From the NCBI GenBank assembly GCA_035559735.1, contig DATMAS010000001.1:50187-114186 (forward strand): a DNA stretch of 64,000 bases. Reading direction: 5' to 3'. The number at the start of each line of letters is the position of its first letter. The first letter of the stretch is position 1. Position numbers and translations under genes: made by a program. This DNA comes from Candidatus Nitrosotenuis sp. (GTDB lineage Archaea; Thermoproteota; Nitrososphaeria; Nitrososphaerales; Nitrosopumilaceae). Below the pieces are notes generated by a model that saw only the letters and a list, made by a program, of their open reading frames with translations, was not told the DNA's origin and searched no databases. Below, in pieces: positions 59,124 through 64,000 of the stretch.

Positions 59124-59489
59124 TTATGCTCGAATACATGATTTTATCTCAAGGGAGGAAAGCAAGCTGATCATGGCAAATGGCTTGTCGATTAGATCCA
59201 GCGTCTCTTTTACTGCGTCAAACTGGGAGTCACGTTGAGACATGTATGGTGAAAGAAAGAAGACCCTCTGCTGTGGCCTTGCGGCCAGTATCATGTCTTC
59301 TACATTGTCGCCTTCTGGTATTCTCATGGATTTTTCCAAGACGACGAAGTCGTAATTTGTGCCGGCGTCGATTCTGCCAAGGCAGGCACCGACATCTGAG
59401 ACAAAATCAACTTGATGATTTTTTTGTTCAAATATTTTTTTATAGAGTTCGATTATTCTGACATTTTCTTCCAAAACGAGTGCCTTCAT
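59124..59489 (-). CDS. atypical (pseudo-)receiver domain protein
   Basis: REC fold (KALVLEEN, FVVLE, FLSPY, KPF) with Glu at the phospho-Asp position; likely start ATG 59489. Confidence 0.8.
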   Translation of the reverse strand: MKALVLEENVRIIELYKKIFEQKNHQVDFVSDVGACLGRIDAGTNYDFVVLEKSMRIPEGDNVEDMILAARPQQRVFFLSPYMSQRDSQFDAVKETLDLIDKPFAMISLLSSLEIKSCIRA

Positions 59490-59494
59490 AGAAT

Positions 59495-59920
59495 CTATCC
59501 CCATCGAATGTAGTTTCTTGGGAGGAATGCCTGGACTCCTTCCATCTTTGCAGTCTGCAATAAATTACGATCAAAACTTACAAGCGTGGCACCGACGAGT
59601 TTTGCTGTGGCTAAAATCAAGCTGTCTGGTGTGTGGCACTCGTAGTATTTTTCAGTCAGCTTTTGTGATTCTGAATCGATTTCGTTTGTCTTGTCTACTG
59701 TAAGCGGATGTCTGCAGTACTGGTATATTCGGTTCATCGTAGATACTGGGTCTGTGCCAGTTATTTTTTTGACTTCACCTAACACCACTTCTGGAATTAC
59801 GAGTTTGGACTTGTGTTTTCTCATTCTCTTTGCGATAGATCTTAGAACGCGACCTTCCTGGATTTCTTTTATCAGCACATTGGAGTCTAAAACTATCGTT
59901 TGGGTATGCCCGACTTGCAT
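59495..59920 (-). CDS. PIN domain (VapC-like) nuclease
   Basis: VLDSNV, VLGE, PDSLILATA, SFD: acidic tetrad present. Confidence 0.9.
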   Translation of the reverse strand: MQVGHTQTIVLDSNVLIKEIQEGRVLRSIAKRMRKHKSKLVIPEVVLGEVKKITGTDPVSTMNRIYQYCRHPLTVDKTNEIDSESQKLTEKYYECHTPDSLILATAKLVGATLVSFDRNLLQTAKMEGVQAFLPRNYIRWG

Positions 59921-59970
59921 TACCTACCTTTAGTCTGAGATATAAAAGCAATTTTGCAATAACTGTATCA

Positions 59971-59987
59971 TGTTACAATTTGTAACA
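59971..59987. promoter_or_regulatory. perfect 8-1-8 palindrome (putative operator) in divergent promoter region
   Basis: TGTTACAA-T-TTGTAACA directly upstream of TTATTAAA. Confidence 0.55.
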
Positions 59988-60020
59988 AGTTATTAAATAC
60001 GCATAGAAAAGCTCACAGAC

Positions 60021-60857
60021 GTGTCCGAGAACGGAGACAAGTCGCTGGCAGAAAAGCTGGACATTGCAATTGAGAATCTCAGCAGCTGGTACCGAGTTAT
60101 ACTAGTTATGGTAATAATCGGGCTTTTGTCACTATCCGTAGTCATATCACTCTCGCAGTATTATTTTCAACAAGAAATAGCAAAGAACGGACACATAACT
60201 GAAATTCGCGACGAAAAAACCGGGGCTGCAAGTCTTGTATTTGTGCCAAATTCTGAACGAGTATTTGCGCCAGAAAGCATACTTGGGCTGTACACTACGC
60301 AGGTGTGGCTCATGGCAAGCAACGGACTCGTAATCGGGCTTTTGTCCTTTTTGTTTTTGTGGATCACCTACAGGGGCCACATCTACAGAAAAGAGCTAAA
60401 GTCAATTGAGGGACAGCTAATCAGGCAGTCTTATCTTGTTAACTTTGAGACATCGATTCCAGAGGGAAAAGACCGCATAGAGCGAATCCTAAACCATTCA
60501 TGCCTTGTTTTTCCTGAGCTGCAGACGCTGCTTAGAGGAAAATCAGACAAAAAACTTCCGGCAAAGCTGAACCAGAAGGTGGGTGCAGATACAGTAGACA
60601 TACTGGTTCCAACAAAGAAAGGCGATTTTATCGTAAAATTCTTTGACAATGTGTCATTTTCCACACTGGAGCAGTTCACAAACAACATATCAAAGTCAGG
60701 AAAACTGATTTTCAGGGTTTTATGTGTCGCAAAAAATTATGACGAAGATCTGCAGTCATCTCAGCTCTCATCACTTATGCAGAAGCTGAATCTGGACTTT
60801 GACATGGATCTAATCTTTGAAGACGAACAAGGATACTCGATGTTGTGGATTAACTAA
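60021..60857 (+). CDS. two-TM membrane protein with cytoplasmic alpha/beta (possibly restriction-endonuclease-like) C-terminal domain
   Basis: Two TMs; VDILV...FIVKFF...RVLCVA pattern. Confidence 0.65.
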   Translation: MSENGDKSLAEKLDIAIENLSSWYRVILVMVIIGLLSLSVVISLSQYYFQQEIAKNGHITEIRDEKTGAASLVFVPNSERVFAPESILGLYTTQVWLMASNGLVIGLLSFLFLWITYRGHIYRKELKSIEGQLIRQSYLVNFETSIPEGKDRIERILNHSCLVFPELQTLLRGKSDKKLPAKLNQKVGADTVDILVPTKKGDFIVKFFDNVSFSTLEQFTNNISKSGKLIFRVLCVAKNYDEDLQSSQLSSLMQKLNLDFDMDLIFEDEQGYSMLWIN

Positions 60858-61180
60858 GGCTCCAGCTTATCGGAAAAGTCTCTTAAACCTAGAACCGCTT
60901 TTACGTCCGGATCAAAATTGGTGCACTTGAGAAATGTGTTTCGACCCTTTTCGGTTATTTTGTATTCCAACTTTGCTTTGGGATTCTGACTTTCACGCAT
61001 CTCTATGAAGCCTTTTTTTGCAAAACTCTCCAAGATGAGGCGGAGTCGCTCTCTGTTGAGGTCGGAGCCAGGCGTGCCTGTGGTGATCTGTCTTAGGTTA
61101 AGCCATGTCCCTACTTTTGACATGTACCCCAGAATGGCAATGTTTGTGTCACCTGGGGTCTGATTGAATTTTCGCTCCAC
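60854..61180 (-). CDS. winged helix-turn-helix protein
   Basis: LRLILESFAKKGFIE...YKITEKG. Confidence 0.85.
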   Translation of the reverse strand: MERKFNQTPGDTNIAILGYMSKVGTWLNLRQITTGTPGSDLNRERLRLILESFAKKGFIEMRESQNPKAKLEYKITEKGRNTFLKCTNFDPDVKAVLGLRDFSDKLEP

Positions 61181-61297
61181 TTGCTAATCAAAGCAAAACT
61201 CGGTTGATATTACTTATGTGTTCTTTTGATAAATTTTTTGAACCAACAACACACTGAGATCGCAATCTATTCTAACCACATCGATCTAAATTGCCCT

Positions 61298-61537
61298 GTG
61301 AGTGCAAGCACAATAAGGAAGGCAAAGAAACTGGTAGACGAAGGAAACGTCATCAAAATAGACGAAGATCTCTATCAAGTTAGATCGTCATCGGATCCAA
61401 ACAAATCATACATGGTTACCGCAGAGTCATGCGACTGCCTCGGCTTCAAGAACTTTTACAAATTCCATCACGGAAAAGGCAAAAAGGCAAACTGCTCGCA
61501 CCTTGAAGCAGTGAGGATCTTCCTCAAACAAGATTAG
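61298..61537 (+). CDS. SWIM zinc-finger protein
   Basis: YQVRSS...Y.V..CDC...CSH; likely GTG start 61298. Confidence 0.85.
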   Translation: MSASTIRKAKKLVDEGNVIKIDEDLYQVRSSSDPNKSYMVTAESCDCLGFKNFYKFHHGKGKKANCSHLEAVRIFLKQD

Positions 61538-62466
61538 ATCTGAATTATTCCGGAATTTACCAAATACTGCAGGCTTCGCGCAAATTCTTTGTCTGAGATC
61601 ATGCCATCGGCCCACCAGCCTGCACTCGTCTTGACCCATGAGGGAATGAATCCAGAGGAAGAAGATTCGGTTTTCTGAACCGTGATTATCTTTTCTTTTG
61701 CCAAAAACTCTATTGCGTCGATGAATTCGCTATCGGAAATAGTACCAGTGGACCACCACTTGGCGCCGTCCTTTATCCAGCTTGGGATGGGGGTCGACTG
61801 ATCTGGTGTGATTTCAAACGTTGCAGTAGCTACCTGCGTTGGCAGGCCGTATACTACCTTGAGCAGATATGTGCCAACTCGGAGCCCGTCCGTCTGGATG
61901 GTCTGCATATATGATGCGTCTTTTTCAAAATTGCCATTCCTTGCGTAGACTAGTCTGTCTGGACTTTCATAAAGGAGAACAGAGTACGGCAATGTTGCAA
62001 AGTCGTCCGGAACTTGGCCGCTCACAAGTATGTCTTGGTTCTCGCTGTATGATTTCTGTGCAATCAGGGCGTTACTTGTTTCAGGTTGGGCTTCTGGCGC
62101 ATTCTCCATTACTATTTTTCCTTCAAGCCATGGGTGTATCTCACAAAAATAGTAGTACGCAAAGTAAATCGGGTTTTCAATTTTAAGTGTGGTGGACTTG
62201 GATGATTCAATGACTCCTGTCCTGAAATATTTGCCAGAGTAGTCTGGGTGTTCTGGCACTCCGCTTGTGATGCTGTGTGCGACAGAGTCTTCGTTGATCC
62301 AAGTTATCGTGTCACCAGGACCGATTGGTAGAATGTCTGGGTAGAATGTCTTTGACTGCGACTCTGAAGATCCTTTGAGGATCCTTACCTCATAATTGAG
62401 GTCTTGGGCATAGGCCTGTGCCATGATTGCGACCAAAGCAATTGCTATTGCTGCGTACCTGAGCAA
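61534..62466 (-). CDS. secreted cupredoxin (plastocyanin/azurin-like) with tandem IPSW(I/V)K C-terminal repeats
   Basis: W.N.D..AHS and YFCEIHPW type-1 Cu ligands; likely TTG start 62466 giving signal peptide. Confidence 0.88.
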   Translation of the reverse strand: MLRYAAIAIALVAIMAQAYAQDLNYEVRILKGSSESQSKTFYPDILPIGPGDTITWINEDSVAHSITSGVPEHPDYSGKYFRTGVIESSKSTTLKIENPIYFAYYYFCEIHPWLEGKIVMENAPEAQPETSNALIAQKSYSENQDILVSGQVPDDFATLPYSVLLYESPDRLVYARNGNFEKDASYMQTIQTDGLRVGTYLLKVVYGLPTQVATATFEITPDQSTPIPSWIKDGAKWWSTGTISDSEFIDAIEFLAKEKIITVQKTESSSSGFIPSWVKTSAGWWADGMISDKEFARSLQYLVNSGIIQI

Positions 62467-62531
62467 ACCAACAAGATCAAAAATCTTTGATATATTCTCA
62501 ATTTGTCTGTTCGGAACAGACAAACATGGCA

Positions 62532-63125
62532 TTATGTGGCGACAAGCTGGGGCTTGAACACTCTGCGGTAAAACCAAAAGAGGCCCAGTATCTCGATTTG
62601 CTCCATAAATAAGATCAGGTGCAAGTTGACAAGCAATCCGTTTGTGAGATCGTTTAGCATGGCAAAGGAGACCGAAAAAAGATAATCCATGTACTGTATC
62701 TGAGTGAGTCCAAAAGCCCCCGAGTCAGAGATGTTTGGACCATTCAAGCTCAGTGCTTTGAACTCGTTGTTGGCCACGCTGTGTGCAAGAATCTCTTTGT
62801 CAATGTGATATAGGGTGTTGCCGCGCTCAATCAAAAGTATGGAGGCGCCAAAATAACAGGTAAACAGAACCAAGGTGAGTATAATTATCTTGGCGGACTT
62901 GCCCCAAAGCGCCTTTGTCAGCTGGTTTTTGAAGATGGTGCCAAATGGGCCAAGCTTGCCTTTTTTGACCAGTATGGCAAGTGTCACAGAGATTAGTGTG
63001 GCAATGCCCAAGTTGCCTAGCCAGTGCTCCGTTAGATATTGGCCAACAAGTAGCCTCAACGGCAAAAATACTACGGCAGTGACTCCAAGCAGAACTAGCT
63101 TTTCTTTAATGTCGTTTACATCCAT
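62532..63125 (-). CDS. hypothetical membrane protein
   Basis: About four hydrophobic segments. Confidence 0.72.
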   Translation of the reverse strand: MDVNDIKEKLVLLGVTAVVFLPLRLLVGQYLTEHWLGNLGIATLISVTLAILVKKGKLGPFGTIFKNQLTKALWGKSAKIIILTLVLFTCYFGASILLIERGNTLYHIDKEILAHSVANNEFKALSLNGPNISDSGAFGLTQIQYMDYLFSVSFAMLNDLTNGLLVNLHLILFMEQIEILGLFWFYRRVFKPQLVAT

Positions 63126-63155
63126 GCATTTCCATCTTCCAGATGCACGAGTGGC

Positions 63156-63395
63156 CTAAAGCTTGTTTTTGAGTTCCTTGAGATACTTGACGCTAATTCT
63201 ATATGCCCTAATGGCCGAGTAGATCTCAAAGAGTTCCTTGTAAGTGGGCTGTAGTTTTTTGAGATCTTCTCTGTTTATGCCAAAGTCGGTGATTGTCTGC
63301 CAGATGTTTTCTATGGAGACTCCTTCTTCGTCTATCAGTATGGATGATAGATATTTCCCAATTCCCTTGCCTAGACTGATGCTCGTGGACATCAT
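63156..63395 (-). CDS. small protein resembling the C-terminal output domain of response regulator 34572
   Basis: NIWQTITDFGINREDLKKLQPTYKELFEIYSAIR aligns by eye without gaps. Confidence 0.7.
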   Translation of the reverse strand: MMSTSISLGKGIGKYLSSILIDEEGVSIENIWQTITDFGINREDLKKLQPTYKELFEIYSAIRAYRISVKYLKELKNKL

Positions 63396-63485
63396 GGCGG
63401 CACTTCAATAGCTTTGATTATATCTATCACGGAAATAATTGGCGTTTCTGAGTTCCAAAATGGAACCATGTTTCTTGTGCCGGAT

Positions 63486-63998
63486 CTACTTGAGATACTT
63501 GTTGAGCGTGAGTCCCTTGACTTTTTTGCTGTTGATCTTCTTGTCTTCGGACTTTAGTGTCTTGGAGTAGCCCTTTGTATTGTTTTTATCGTTTACCTCT
63601 AAGAGCTTCTCTTTTGTGATCGATAATTTTTCAAAGTATATCTTTCGTGCATCCTGTAGTGACCCGCCGTTGTCAAGCACTTGCTTCATTGCTTGTCTTG
63701 CTTCTTCTTGGAGCTGTTTTGTGTAGTTGAGTTGGCTTGCAATAGTATTTTTGATGCGTGGGTCTAGCTTTGCCATATAATCTTTGTATGCCAGCCCACC
63801 ATACACACCAGGTCCTACTGGCCTTTCCCGAAGTGCCTGCTCAAGCTTTAGCATTGCTACGTCACGCTTTTCGTCCATGGCAAGCTTTCTTGCTTCTATG
63901 TCGTATTGTTTTTGCAGTTTTTTGTTTTGCTCTTCGAGGAATTTCTCATAGTTTTTCAGCTTGAGTACTTCATACGGTGCTGGTGCAGAAGCAGACTT
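63486..63998 (-). CDS. hypothetical helical basic protein (5' end outside window)
   Basis: Frame remains open upstream of ATG 63878 to the window edge. Confidence 0.65.
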   Translation of the reverse strand, partial: KSASAPAPYEVLKLKNYEKFLEEQNKKLQKQYDIEARKLAMDEKRDVAMLKLEQALRERPVGPGVYGGLAYKDYMAKLDPRIKNTIASQLNYTKQLQEEARQAMKQVLDNGGSLQDARKIYFEKLSITKEKLLEVNDKNNTKGYSKTLKSEDKKINSKKVKGLTLNKYLK

Positions 63999-64000
63999 GG

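Noticed and set aside
60115-60346. 16-nt direct repeat TAATCGGGCTTTTGTC encoding IGLLS in both TM helices
   Set aside because: Short and possibly chance or an old internal duplication; no further structure
169-61537. Repeated 4-nt overlaps of convergent stop codons (169, 10640, 39398, 53409, 56680, 60854, 61534)
   Set aside because: A common consequence of genome compaction rather than a distinct system

Overview
Gene-dense archaeal chromosomal segment. Gene content points to an ammonia-oxidising Nitrososphaerota (thaumarchaeote), probably Nitrosotenuis/Nitrosopumilales-like (inference from cdvA, tandem ThyX, cofE, IPxWIK-repeat surface proteins, a cupredoxin and many stand-alone receiver proteins). 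Most of it is housekeeping: dys, smc, proS, argS, serB, cofE, tusA-cysK, trxB, thi4, sulfite reductase-rhodanese, DRG GTPase, trmI, nnrD, proteasome beta, hom, msrB, thyX, cdvA, acs, fen, tRNA-Ser(CGA) with intron, and peptide ABC genes. Main observations beyond the ORF track: (1) an unannotated 52-aa C3H half-LIM-like zinc-finger microprotein (34016-34174) heads a two-receiver cassette, and the same motif is fused to the N-terminus of a processive GT2 polysaccharide synthase paired with a double polysaccharide deacetylase (48877-53412), suggesting an undescribed regulatory module for exopolysaccharide synthesis; (2) the C-terminal output domain of the second receiver also occurs as a stand-alone gene (63156-63395); (3) a solo tnpB with intact catalytic motifs is bounded by 35-bp terminal inverted repeats and is inserted just before the start of a Ca-binding adhesin gene; (4) an unannotated 45-aa histone-H1/protamine-like basic peptide (29747-29884). 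All calls come from reading motifs by eye; no database searches were run.
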